Assembly (NCBI RefSeq): GCF_018977255.1
Contig: NW_024704742.1
Span: 40,736,001 to 40,800,000 of the forward strand
Direction: 5' to 3'
Source: Callorhinchus milii
Taxonomy: Eukaryota
DNA: 64,000 nucleotides
Shown: positions 35,300 to 46,587 of the stretch, piece by piece
Layout: the number at the start of each line of letters is the position of its first letter
Numbering within the stretch: position 1 is the stretch's first letter
Made by a program: the position numbers and the translations under genes
Notes under the pieces: generated by a model
The model's input: only the letters and a program-made list of their open reading frames with translations
The model's database searches: none
Told to the model about the DNA's origin: nothing

Positions 35300-35930
35300 T
35301 TTGCTTCTTTCTGCCAGAGTCTAAACCCATCGACTCCTTTTTTTTGGTCAGCTGAATGTCATGGCACATGCGGAAACCCATCACCGTGTTTAAGAGCGTT
35401 CCATGCTTTCCACCCACACAGGGAAATTCCCAAGATATTTATTGGAATGAAATGTGCACTCTCCCCTTGAGGGGTACATTGTGCTTCCCTAATTCTGGAG
35501 AATTTAAGGTGCGGGCTGGCAAGAGCCAAGGCTTGGGAACTCCAGAGTGTGATCTGCTGGAGTCTAGCCACATAAACTGCATAGCTTTCCATTGATAGCA
35601 CTGTCTGGCAAGCTTTCTCACTGCTTGCTCAGCTTCGACCATCTTACCCAATTGGGCTTTGGCTTACAGGGTTAATGGGAGCACAGTAGGAAGAGTCCCT
35701 GACCCCAGAGGCTGGTCTCCCCTTCGAAGTCCTGCGAGTCTTCCTGCGAGAAGACTTGCTGTCTTCAGCAAGAGGCCTGGAGTTCTGCGGTCTCAGCTGG
35801 CTCAGGAATTGGACAACCAAGACCGCCACAGAGGATGGGCTCAATTCCAACATTCTGTTGCCAGCCAGGTCAGCTCCAAGGAACCCTTACACTTGCCTCC
35901 ATCCCCAAGGAGGATAGTCACTAGACTGGG
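35300..35930 (+). repeat. Unclassified ancient interspersed repeat, longest copy
   Basis: Diverged homologues at about 2520-2715(-), 9590-10000(+), 36130-36330(-), 37030-37443(+), 47670-47960(+), 50635-50690(+), 58620-59000(+) and 62055-62360/62794-62910(+). Confidence 0.75.
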
Positions 35931-36385
35931 GCTCCTTTCTGCTCCCTATATGTTGCATTTAGCATAAAGTAACTTTAGTGCATAGTAAAACTATTTTTAA
36001 ACAATAGATTATTTTCTTATTCATCTCATATATTTACTTGGGTTTCATTCAAAATAAATCTGAGTCATATTGTATTCCTTACATTTTTTGAAAGAGATGA
36101 GTGTTTTGTTGGGTATCTGGTGCTTGGACCATCCAGTTCCCAGGCTCTTGCCAACCTGCGCTTAATACTCTCTGGAATTAGGTAAGCAGGATGCATCCCT
36201 CGAGAGAGAGAGACCCCATTCCATTCCAACAATTTAACTCTGGAATTTCCATGTGTAGCTGGGATGCATGGAATTCTCCGTTTGTTTTGGATACTCTTAA
36301 GCATGTTGATGGGTTTCTGCCCATCACATCAAATGGTTTGTGCTCCTGCCCCCATCACATGCAATGTTTCCCCGGCCTCTATGAA

Positions 36386-36696
36386 GGAGTTCTATAGCTC
36401 AGTGGTTAGAGCACTCGCCTCTCAAGCGAGAGACCTGGGTTCAATTCCCGGCAGGGCAAAACCTTGGGCAAGTTTCCTTACTCCACACGCCTGATAATAA
36501 TTCCTCAAGAAAAAAAACAATAATAAATTGGTCACTTCAATCCATGACTGTTTGTGAGACACTGCTGTGCGCAATTGGCTGCCGGGTTTCACCCACAAAT
36601 ATCCAGTCATTTCACTTTACAGTATATTTTGTGAAGCGCATTGCGACATCTAGAAGACGTGAAAAGTGCTATATCAAATGCAAAGATTATTATTAT
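36386..36696 (+). mobile_element. Young tRNA(Ala)-derived SINE
   Basis: Same family, full length. Confidence 0.9.
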
Positions 36697-36975
36697 CCTC
36701 GGTCCTCTACTCCTCACTATCTATACACCCCCACTAAGTGATATCATCCACAGGCATGTGGTTCACTTCCAGATGCACACGGATGACACTGAATTCTATC
36801 TTAGTGTCTTAGCTGCACCCTCGAATCCAGCATCACTGCTGTCCTGACTAAATGCCTGTCAAACATCAAGTCCTGGATGAGCTCTAACTTTCTTCAGTTA
36901 AACACAGACTGTTAAACACAGTCCTGCTTGACTTCCATTAGTGCCTTCTCACCTCGGGCATTGACAGCATCAAGC
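36697..36975 (+). mobile_element. L2 RT fragment
   Basis: LGPLLLTIY..DIIHRH..FQMHTDDTEFYLS (decayed YADD region). Confidence 0.75.
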
Positions 36976-37444
36976 TGCATGGTTGCGCACTGCAACTCAA
37001 GAGCGGGTTGGAATTAATGCGTCAATGTTTGACATCTACACCTGGAAATTTCCCCGTTCCTGGAATAGAATATACACTCTCTCTCCAGTCAGATGCACCC
37101 TGGTCACCCAATTCTACAAAGTATTAGGTGGAAGTTGGCAGAAGCCAAGCTTTGCAGAACCTAGAGTGTGCATTTTGAGTAGTGTTGGAGTTCAGCCAGC
37201 TAAAACCTCACAGCTTACCATTGCAAACACTTTCTGGAAAGCTTCTCATTGATCAGCTATGAGTCTGACCACCCTACTCATTAGAGTTAACAGGATTAAC
37301 AGTAGTCCAGTGGAAGAATCCCTGCCACAAGTGACTCCAAGTTCTGGCGCTGAGCCAGGCTGGCTAGTCTACCATGAACAGTGCATACTGCAGATTTACC
37401 TTGTTCAGAAAATACCTCAAAAGATTGACCCAATTCCAATATTC

Positions 37445-37575
37445 TGTTCTGATGAAGGATCGTGGACCCGAAACGTCGACTCACTTTCTTTTCTCCATAG
37501 ATGCTGCCTGACCTGCTGAGTTTTCCCAGCTCTTTCGGTTTATGTTTCAGATTTCCAGCATCTGCAGTATTTTGA
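37445..37575 (+). mobile_element. Penelope-type element end
   Basis: Same block as 8650-8758, plus the TTTCAGATTTCCAGCATCTGCAG end. Confidence 0.65.
37446..37480 (+). ncRNA. Minimal type I hammerhead ribozyme motif
   Basis: GTT-CTGATGA-A-GGATC-GTG-GACCC-GAAAC-GTC-GAC: both conserved core boxes and the GUC cleavage triplet are intact. Confidence 0.6.
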
Positions 37576-38277
37576 GTCATGTCTAATATTCTATTGTCAG
37601 GCACATCTCCTCAGCACAACTCTACCCCAAGGAGCCACTATTTACCTCCCTCTGAGGAACATAGTCATTATTTGATCATCATTAGACAGCTGCCAAGTGA
37701 AAGTTTGACCCGTCACTCGGCAGTACAGACTGATACAGATTGAGTAGCAAGAGTTTAGTAAATATAACATGCCGGTGGTTGATCCTAAATGGCAACCCTA
37801 ATAGGTCATAAGATATGAATGTCTGATCTGAATTGACCACACAGCTTGATACAAGTTTTGCAAGATCTTCAGCATTGTAATAACTCAAAATACATTGTAT
37901 GAATTTGCTTGTGGTATTGAGTGTTTGCCTGAGATATGACAAATAATATCACCTCCAAAGTAACTTTAAATGTTTTCATTACATAGACTAAGAATGATTT
38001 CATGAATAGTGTACAGTATTTGGCAATTTTGAAACATAAATGGTAAAGTGCCATCTGGTGTTGAGGAGTGGAATCAAGGTTGAGAAAAAACAAATGTTGA
38101 TTTCAGTAAGGACCAGGATAAGATGGGAATTTATCAATGTTTGGGAAAAGTGCTCAAAGTTTAGATGCATTTCCGATATCTAACAAAATTCCTTTTGTTA
38201 TGATTAATGAACCTTATCTATACGAAGGACAGATTTTCTTGTTGATATGTTTTTTAAACTGCATACATTCCTGCAAA

Positions 38278-38495
38278 TAACAACAACAAAATTACATTTG
38301 TATAACTCCTTTCATGTCTGCGAGTCCCAAGGTGCCGGACAGACAGAGTTTCAGACCCGAGCTGGGGGTCGGGGTCAGGGAGGGTGGAGGGCAGTGGGGG
38401 AAGCAGGGAGATCAAAAGCACGGTCAAAGAAGAGGGTCTTGAGATGCGAGCAGGATGGTAGGGGTTTAGGAGGTTGCAGAGGTAGGGGGGAGCAA
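38278..38495 (-). mobile_element. L2 LINE 3' end
   Basis: HLKTLFFDRAF motif and (TTG)n tail. Confidence 0.75.
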
Positions 38496-39734
38496 GACAT
38501 CAGAAAGAGCATCATATTGAGTTTGACCGAAGCATGGACCAAAGTCATTAAACCCATTATTTTCATAGCCACATTTGTGTGGCTATCCTACCCACTGCTT
38601 TACCTTCATTGTAAAGCATCGTACAGATGATTCCTGAAACCTAAAGATAAACGAGCATAAACTGAATGTTCAGTTGTCCTGATATTTCCAGTGCTCCTAG
38701 TGCTTCTCCAGGTGTTGCAGTTGAGATCAAGAATTAGCCTAATGGCAAAGCTGAGCCACAATGTAGCCACACTGACAATGTTAAAAGCTCCATGTCCTGC
38801 ATTGCCATGCAACCTGACAAAACTTTTTTGGGGGAAAAAGAAAAAGCTACACTGCCACCTAGAGACCAAACAAAAAAAATCTACAAACACACACACACTT
38901 TCCTCCAAAAAATTACAATCACTAAAAAAAGTCCTTCAAAATTTTTAAAAAATTAAGTTTTCTTTGTTGCATAGGTTGAAATTTTCAGTGCTTTGAAATG
39001 CATTTGGTGCAAGGTCACCTCAAGACTAGATTTTTGAAAACCTCCCCTCCTAATTTACCCTCCAGCATCTCTGGTTTATCTAGAACCTTGTAAGTCTCTT
39101 GTTGGACAAACCTTCTGACATAACATCCTTAGCCTCTGGCACTCCTTTTCAGAACGTCTTTGATTTTCTTCCTCTCCCCTTCAAAACCCTCTTGAAAAGG
39201 TTTAATTTTCCCTCATCACTCCCTCTTATAATTGTTAACTGGTTTCAGATGTGAAAGACAAAATATACAATTGCTTTGTGGTTGGTTAAAATGGTATATA
39301 ATTCACTACATATTATGTAGAAGTCTGCAATGTTTTCTAGGCTCATGAATTAGGTTTTATGGGTATATATGTAACCAACAACGCCAACCTGTATTCATGT
39401 AGCAGCCTTTACATGGGGTAGCGTCTTGGAGTGCTTAACAATGTCGGACTTTGATGCCGAGCTGGGGAGAGGTAATTGGAAGCAATTTAGGACCTCTTCA
39501 CCCTTGGCATTAGATTGAGGGTGCTTGTAGGTCCGTCTGTAGGAGGTGATGAGCTAGGCCAATAGAAAAGCGCGGACATTTTTTGCAATAAAAATGCAGA
39601 ACACTTTGCGGATCTTGCAGGAAATTGCGGAGGCCTTTGTTCAATTTTGTGGAAAAATTGCAGGGGTTGATGCTATTGAGGTATATTTTACTGCCACATT
39701 TTTAAAAAAATTTATTGATAAAAACTAAACATAA

Positions 39735-40090
39735 GGCTAGATAAGGAAAAGCTGTTTCCGCTGGTAGGTGTGTCTGTGACCCGTGGTCACAGTCTTAAGA
39801 TATCTACCAAAAGAAGCAGAGGGGAGGTTAGAAGAAAATTTTTCACTCAGCGAGTTGTTCAAATTTGGAATGATCTGCCTGAAAGGGTAGTAAAGTCCGA
39901 TTCGATAACAGCTTTTAAGAGAGAACTGTATAGGTATCTGGGGAAGACGGGTTTGCAGGGTTATGGGGAGAAAGCTGGTGATTGGGTTAGTGAAAGTGAC
40001 TTGCTCTGTCAAAGAGCCGGCACAGACTCGATGGGTCGAATGGCCTCCTTCTGTGCCGTAACATTTTATGAATCTATGAATCTTCTATGA
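39735..40090 (+). mobile_element. CR1 LINE 3' end
   Basis: TRGHSLK..RRKFFTQRVVQIWNDLP..FKRELY; tail TATGAATCTATGAATC. Confidence 0.9.
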
Positions 40091-40271
40091 AAAATAACAC
40101 ATATTAGATTGTCGCAAAAAAAAATTAATTGCTTCTTTAACAAAACCTGGATGGCCATGGGGGCGGGGGAGAACACCAGCGAGGCTACAGGAGCTCACCA
40201 CCATCTCTCAGAACCTGCACTGCACACAGACACAGAAACACACACACACATTCAGACAGAGAGAGAGAGAC

Positions 40272-40630
40272 ACACACACACACAGACCCAGATTCAATAG
40301 GGTGAACAGGGAGAAACTATTTCCACTGGCAGGTGGGTCAGTAATCTGAGGACACCAATTTAAAATAGTTAAAAGAAAGCGGGGAGGTGAAGAGGATTTT
40401 TTAACGCAGTGAGTTGTTGGGATCTGGAAGGCATTGCCTTGAAAGGATGGTGGAAGCTGATTCAATAACAACTTTTAAGAAAGAAGTAGATAATTATTTG
40501 GGGAGGACAAGTTTGTAGGGCTACAGGGAGAAAGCGGAGGAGTGGGATTAATTTGGATAGCTCTTTTTAAAGAGCTCGCACAGACACCATCGGCCGAATG
40601 GCCTCCTTCCGTGCTTTATAATTCTATGAA
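40272..40630 (+). mobile_element. CR1 LINE 3' end
   Basis: Same motifs; tail AATTCTATGA. Confidence 0.88.
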
Positions 40631-40787
40631 AAGATTCGATCAAACCGGAAAAGGTCTTTTCATCCATCTTCCCTTTCTAGAGGAATGTGATACAGGACAG
40701 TAGAAACCAAAAATGGATTTTCCTTAAGAAAAAGAACTATATGGCACCGCGAAACTTCTCAATTCACATTCTTTGCGTGAATCGATC

Positions 40788-40902
40788 GTGTCTGTGCCAG
40801 CTCTTTGAAAAGAGCTATCCAAATTAATCCCACTCCTCCGCTTTCTCCCTGTAGCCCTGCAAACTTGTCCTCCCCAAATAATTATCTACTTCTCTCTTAA
40901 AA
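40788..40902 (-). mobile_element. CR1 fragment, inverted copy of 40473-40587
   Basis: 4 mismatches in 115 bp by manual alignment. Confidence 0.85.
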
Positions 40903-41029
40903 TTCTTATATTAAAGCTGTCAAAACTATTGTTGAATTATTTGTTGTGATTAAGCGTTTCTGCAAAGTGTCAAAGTCAACAAAGACGCATTAAACCAGTA
41001 TTCATGATACTTTTGTAGCTACAAAAAAA

Positions 41030-42250
41030 TCTAATATTCAAGACATTTTATTGAATAATTCAAAATAGAAAGTTTCTGTAAATCTACAACTGTGAGCATT
41101 ATATACAAATTCAAGTCTAAAAAAAACTTTGATTAAAGCATACAGTGTTTGCACATTCTACCTTACAATGAGAAAACCTGAATTATACATAATACCAGAG
41201 ACAAAGTTGTTGAGTTTAATTACGTTCAATATTGGTACACATTAAAGATAAATTGGAGCACGCATTCTGTTCATGGTTACCACAAGGTTATAGCAGTAGT
41301 AAGATCATTTTATAAATGGTTAACAAAATTATTGTACGTCAGTGCATTGTATACATGTTATGGTCTAACTTGGAAAAGTAGTTGTATTTCTTCAGCAGTT
41401 AGATTGCAAACTAATCTTCACAAAACTGCATTACATTTAACAAAAAGCTTAATAGAACAGTTTGACAGATTGCAATAAACCATTTCTTGGATTAACCCCT
41501 CTCCCACTCACAAAGAACCTTGAGTAGTTTGAACAGCAATATCTATATAAGACTGCATCACAAATCCACCAATTGTAGTAGGCATTCCATTAATAGTATT
41601 ATGAATTGAAACATTCCTAAATTAATTTAACTTCCCTAGCATATAAAATATTTAATTTGATCAGCATACAGTTTAAATATACAAAACAACCTACATAAAA
41701 TTAATTAAAGGCTATTCACTCATCAGCATTATAATACAATTAATCTGAAACGTAAAACAGGATGCGTAAAATTTTACATATTTCAAATTATTTCTAAGAC
41801 AAAATAAAACATTTAATAAACAAAAGTGCTAAAGTATCGAGTGTTTAAACTAGGAAAATAAAAACCACCACTTGTGACTAGAAAATGGAACATGTTGTTG
41901 ATGCAGGAAAGTGGGCCACAAAACTGCTTGGAATAAAAAAACAAAAATAAAAAGGTACAAAATGCAATGTGACGTGAGAAGAAAAGGCGTAACCATTTGT
42001 CTTCACCTATCACATGGAGAACTTCTGTAAATGTTAATTCAATCATGTTTATAAGCATTGAATTTAAAAACAAGTTGCTCTCCCAAACCGTTGTTCAACA
42101 GTTTTTTTCCCCAATTAATTTCAAAATGTAAGTTAATAAGGTGCACGTTGACTAACGCGTTGTAGGCGATTTATATGGAGATCTTCCATAGGGTGCACAG
42201 AAACAGATGAAGTGATGTGTCTACCAAAACGCATCCTGGTTCTGCTCCTC
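41030..42250 (-). other. PROM1: Candidate last exon / 3'UTR of PROM1
   Basis: Acceptor tgtatttctgcctttaacag| at 42251/42250, followed by about 1.2 kb of repeat-free AU-rich sequence ending at AATAAA (41047-41052). Confidence 0.55.
41047..41052 (-). terminator. Candidate PROM1 polyadenylation signal AATAAA
   Basis: tttatt on the + strand at the end of the AU-rich repeat-free block. Confidence 0.5.
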
Positions 42251-42540
42251 CTGTTAAAGGCAGAAATACACATAGAATATTATACTATACATTTTATAAC
42301 AATGTTACAAGGAAATGGAACTTAAGAATGGACTTAATTTTTGAACAAATAATGAAACATTTTTCAGCAACTTTGCAATCATTTGTTACAGGCTTCAGAG
42401 CATTTGATTGTTTGCTAAAATGCCTATATCCCTCTTCAAAGCAAAGTGCCACATATGTCCTTCAGTAGCTCCAACCATCTTAACAGAGATGGGTGCTTTG
42501 ACTTGTCTTTAAGCTGATCATAAGATCAGTCCTGTGGACT

Positions 42541-42848
42541 GGAGTCCTGTAGCTCAGTGGTTAGACCACTCGCCTTGCAAGCGAGAGACCTGGGTTTGAT
42601 TGCCAGCAGGGTGAAACCTTGGGCAAGTTTCCTTATTCCACACTCCTGATAATAATCCCTCAAGAAAAAACACTAATAATTTGGTCACTTCAATCCATGA
42701 CTGTTTGTGAGACATTGCTGTGCGCAATTGGCTGCCTCGTTTCGCCCACAAATATACAGTCAATTTACTTTACAGTATATTCTGTGAAGCGCTTTGAGAC
42801 ATCTAGATGTGAAAAGCGCTATGTCAAATGCAAGGATTATTATTATTA
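42541..42848 (+). mobile_element. Young tRNA(Ala)-derived SINE
   Basis: Same family, full length. Confidence 0.9.
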
Positions 42849-43407
42849 TGTATTATAAGATGTTTAACTCAAGTAACAGTTTTGTTGAGAACATGCAAAA
42901 TACCCCACAGCGGAAATACAGCAGCTGTACTTGAGCACGAAGGCAAGAAAACAAATTTAGCTGCTTCTGGATACATCCTGGTACCTACAGTCAATGGCAT
43001 CACCAGAGTAGCTACGAAGACGATATCTGGGGATCCTCAAAAACATAGTTGTAAATATGCATTAAGCTTTTGTTGATTTAGCAAGTATTTTTCTCTCACT
43101 TAAGCATACTGCTGATTTATAATACTTTGCCTCTATAAACTACAGTTGTACCTTGTACAGTGAGTATTCCCCTTAGGCTTTGTTCCCCTGTTAATTTTTG
43201 TGAGCACTAACATTTCACACAGTTTATTTCCCTAGCAGAAAAAAATAGCTCCAGAAGGGCACAAATAACATGATGAATACTCTTTCTTACTAAAAAAGAA
43301 ATTGTTAGTTTAAAATCTTGGGCTTACAGACCAGCTTTTTATTTAAAAATATACTATTTATCCATTTGTTAGTTGTTGCACAATGTGATTACTTAAATCC
43401 ATTTCTA

Positions 43408-43775
43408 TTAATAATAATCCTTGCATTTGATATAGCACCTTATCACATCTTCGAGACATCTCAAAGTGCTTCACAGAATATACTGCAAAGTGTATACTTT
43501 GTGGGTGAAATGCGGCAGCCAATCGCACACAATAGTGTGCCAGTCGTGGCTTCGGTGACCAAATTATTATTATTACTTTTTTTAAAGAGGTTATTACATT
43601 ACCCCCAGAAAAGCTATTCGCAAATCGATTAACAATCGGGTTCCTACTTACTGCTAGATAAACAAAGGTGTGTGGAGTAAGGAAACTTGCCCAACGTTTT
43701 GCCCCGCCTGGGAAGCGAACCCAGGTCCTCTCGCTTGTGAGGCGAGGGCTCTAACCACTAAGCTATAGGACTCCA
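43408..43775 (-). mobile_element. SINE variant with both the extended CORE-like segment and the Deu-like 3' part
   Basis: Head, then CTCCACACACCTTTGTTTATCTAGCAGTAAGTAGGAA, then AATTTGGTCAC..GATTGGCTGCCGC and tail. Confidence 0.8.
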
Positions 43776-44065
43776 CAAATTGGTTAAAATTTATATTAGC
43801 AAATATATATAGCAAATGTATCTCTCACCCTCAATAGTCATTAAAATAGTGAGGGGAGCATTATGACCAGGCAAGCAAATTTAAAAAAAACATGGTTTTG
43901 TTGGAGCAGGAATTGTTTGATCATAATAATAAATGCATTTGATATAACGTCTTATCACGTCTTCGAGACATCTCAAAGCGCTTCACAGAATATACTGTAA
44001 AGTGAATTGACTGTATATTTTGTGGGCAATCATCAGCACAAATCACATGTAGAATGAGCCATTAC

Positions 44066-44092
44066 CTGAGCGAGATAACCGCAATTTTTAAA
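44066..44092 (-). other. Candidate 27-nt PROM1 exon (LKIAVISL if read in phase 2)
   Basis: Long pyrimidine tract ...ttttcctcgtccctag|TTTAAAAATTGCGGTTATCTCGCTCAG|gtaatg; no recalled homologue. Confidence 0.35.
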
Positions 44093-45239
44093 CTAGGGAC
44101 GAGGAAAACATTGAAGCACAAAACAAAAAAAAATTGCAACTCGAGTTAGAAACTTGAAAGCAGTACCAGAGAAAAATGTTAAAGCACCAAAAGAGAAATG
44201 AGACAGATGGGAATTAAAACAGAAAAATAGCAACAAAAAAACAGGAATTGTAGCAAGCAGAACAGAGGATAACATCTCCACAGCAGATGAATGAAGGTTC
44301 AGAAGAATCCACTTGGATGTAATTTAGTAAAACCCAGTTATATTCCAAATATAAAGGAGAATCAGCCAAGTGCAATGTAGGCAGATCTTTTGTTACCATC
44401 ACTCAGTGATGACACTTTCACAGTTTTTGTGGGTGAATCCTATCTTTATGAGACTAACATGCTGTCAAACATGCAATCTGATGTATTTTAATTTAACTCC
44501 CAGAACTTTGTCAAATGAGATTGAATCACTGTGTAAACTCCCTAACAATACTTCCTATACAGGGCTTGCAATAGAAATGTAGGACACATGAACTTATGAT
44601 TAAAGGGGTAAGAAGTCTACATATTGGAGTTAATCAAATTGATTTAAAATCTTTCTTCGAGGCACACTTTGCAGACATACGAGTACAGTTGGTAGACCAG
44701 GAAAATTAAACTCTATGTTAAATCATTGTAAAAGTAGAATATTATGCAGTATTGTGAACACAATGCTAGGTAGTGGGAACCAGGAGTGCCCGAAGAACAA
44801 GTTTTGTATAACGGCATTTATATAACGGCCTTCACCTAGAGTAACATTTTAGGGTGCTTCATAGAGGACTGAGCAATGGCATATGGAGCTTGGGGTGGGT
44901 GAGGATGCGAGCAAATGATTTTTGAATCAGCTAGAGCATGCAGATGGTGGAACTAGAGAGACAGGCAAAGAGTTTGTTTAAGAAACTGAGTCAGGAGGTA
45001 ATGGTGTAAATGAGGATTTCAGCAGCATTTTGTGTGACAAAGGCAGAGGTGGGCAATGTGGATTAGGGTTACATTAACCCCAATATAGAGACTTCTTACC
45101 CTTTTAAGGTGAAGAAAAGCTGTCTTTATGCAGGGACTAAATGTGACGAAGGAAGGAGAGCTGAAGATCAAAACAAATGCTAACGTTGTGCAGTGAAGTA
45201 ACCTCAAATAGGTGCAGACCTCTCTGCATTCCAATCAAC

Positions 45240-45960
45240 ATGGATACCAAATTCTAGTGTGCAAATGTCTAGGTAATGTCTTCCAGAAGCTTCTGTCCCA
45301 AGCCTTAAGAGTTTCCCAATCAGCTATTTGACAGACTGGGTGCAGTATGGTGGAAGTTCCCATACAGTACAGCTTGTGATGTGCCAGCCACCTTGATGAT
45401 CTGGAGGGCAAAGTCCAATGCTTCATCAATGATATATGATATACTGATGGACCAGGTTTACTCATACCAACTGTTTAATCCAGGTCCCCTGTGAGAGGCC
45501 TTGGCAAATGGAGGAGTCTACAGTGAAGCTGCCTCTGCTTCCAAAATGTTGAGTGACAGATCAGTATATGTAGAGCCTTCTTTCCTTGATAGCTCCTTCC
45601 CTTTTTACTATGAATCCACTTCACTGCTTGGTCCATGGTCTGCCAATGAGTTGCATGCCCAGGAGCTCAGGATCATGAAGGAAAACGTTGCTATCATTGA
45701 AGAGACTAGATTGTGTGTCGCTCCTTTTCAATGTGGCCCCGAAGGACAGTGTCCAAGTAAAGGATGTTGTCTATCACAATCCCCAGACACCAATACAAGT
45801 AAACAATTGAGGTGGATACCTCCTCCAATTGATGGCTTTAAAGTCCCCTCTTGAATAGTGCAGAACCATAATACTGCACTTTGGGGTATCCACATTCATA
45901 TCCCAATGAATGGTTCAGTATTCAAGATGGTGACTGCAGAACACAAGACCTCTAGGTGGG
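45240..45960 (-). mobile_element. Highly decayed LINE RT C-terminal fragment
   Basis: Minus-strand pieces MNVDTPKCSIMV and HQLEEV...CLGIVIDNIL resemble RT domains 6-7. Confidence 0.55.
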
Positions 45961-46345
45961 TCTGCCATAAGGAAAGTGGCAATTTTGAAGTAATTTATGG
46001 TGAAAATCTTTGCCTTGAATTGGAATACAATGTATCCTCTCCTCTTAAAATATTTTACATTGATGTCAATTTATTATCTATCCAAAGGCTAAAAGGTAAC
46101 TAATGTGTTAACCACATTAACCGAGTCAGACTCAAAATGGCCAAACTTTTGATTGAGTATTTAGCTGCATTTATTTGCCACTTCAGCAAACAATGGAAAA
46201 CAAAATTGTATTGAACCATTTCAATTCAGTAAATTCCTGATAACTCAGGACTGAAGGAAATGGGCTCAATGACTTGTCATCCAGAATGATGAGTTAGGCA
46301 TATGCCCTCCCAGGCCACAAGGGGCGTTGTGACTGTTGCAAGTGA

Positions 46346-46587
46346 TTGGCGGAGGTTGGGCGAGCATGCTCAGATCCTTCGCAGAGGCCTCTGGTCTATT
46401 GGACGGCCACATCATCGGTATTCCAATTCTACTGGAGGGCCACCCGGTGAGAGGCGGGACAGGAGACCACGGCACAACCCTTCAATAGACCAGAGGCTTC
46501 TGACAAGAAAGGGAGGGAGACCAAGGTCCTCCAATAGACCAGAGGTCTCTGCGATGCATCTGAGCATGCGCATCCAACCTCTGCCAA
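46346..46587. repeat. GC-rich palindromic element (63-bp inverted arms), probable MITE
   Basis: Arms 46346-46408 and 46525-46587, 9 mismatches. Confidence 0.75.

Noticed and set aside
45480..45600. DIRS-type RNase H (LNILEAEA)
   Set aside because: Surrounding motifs do not fit; neighbouring fragments point to a decayed LINE RT instead
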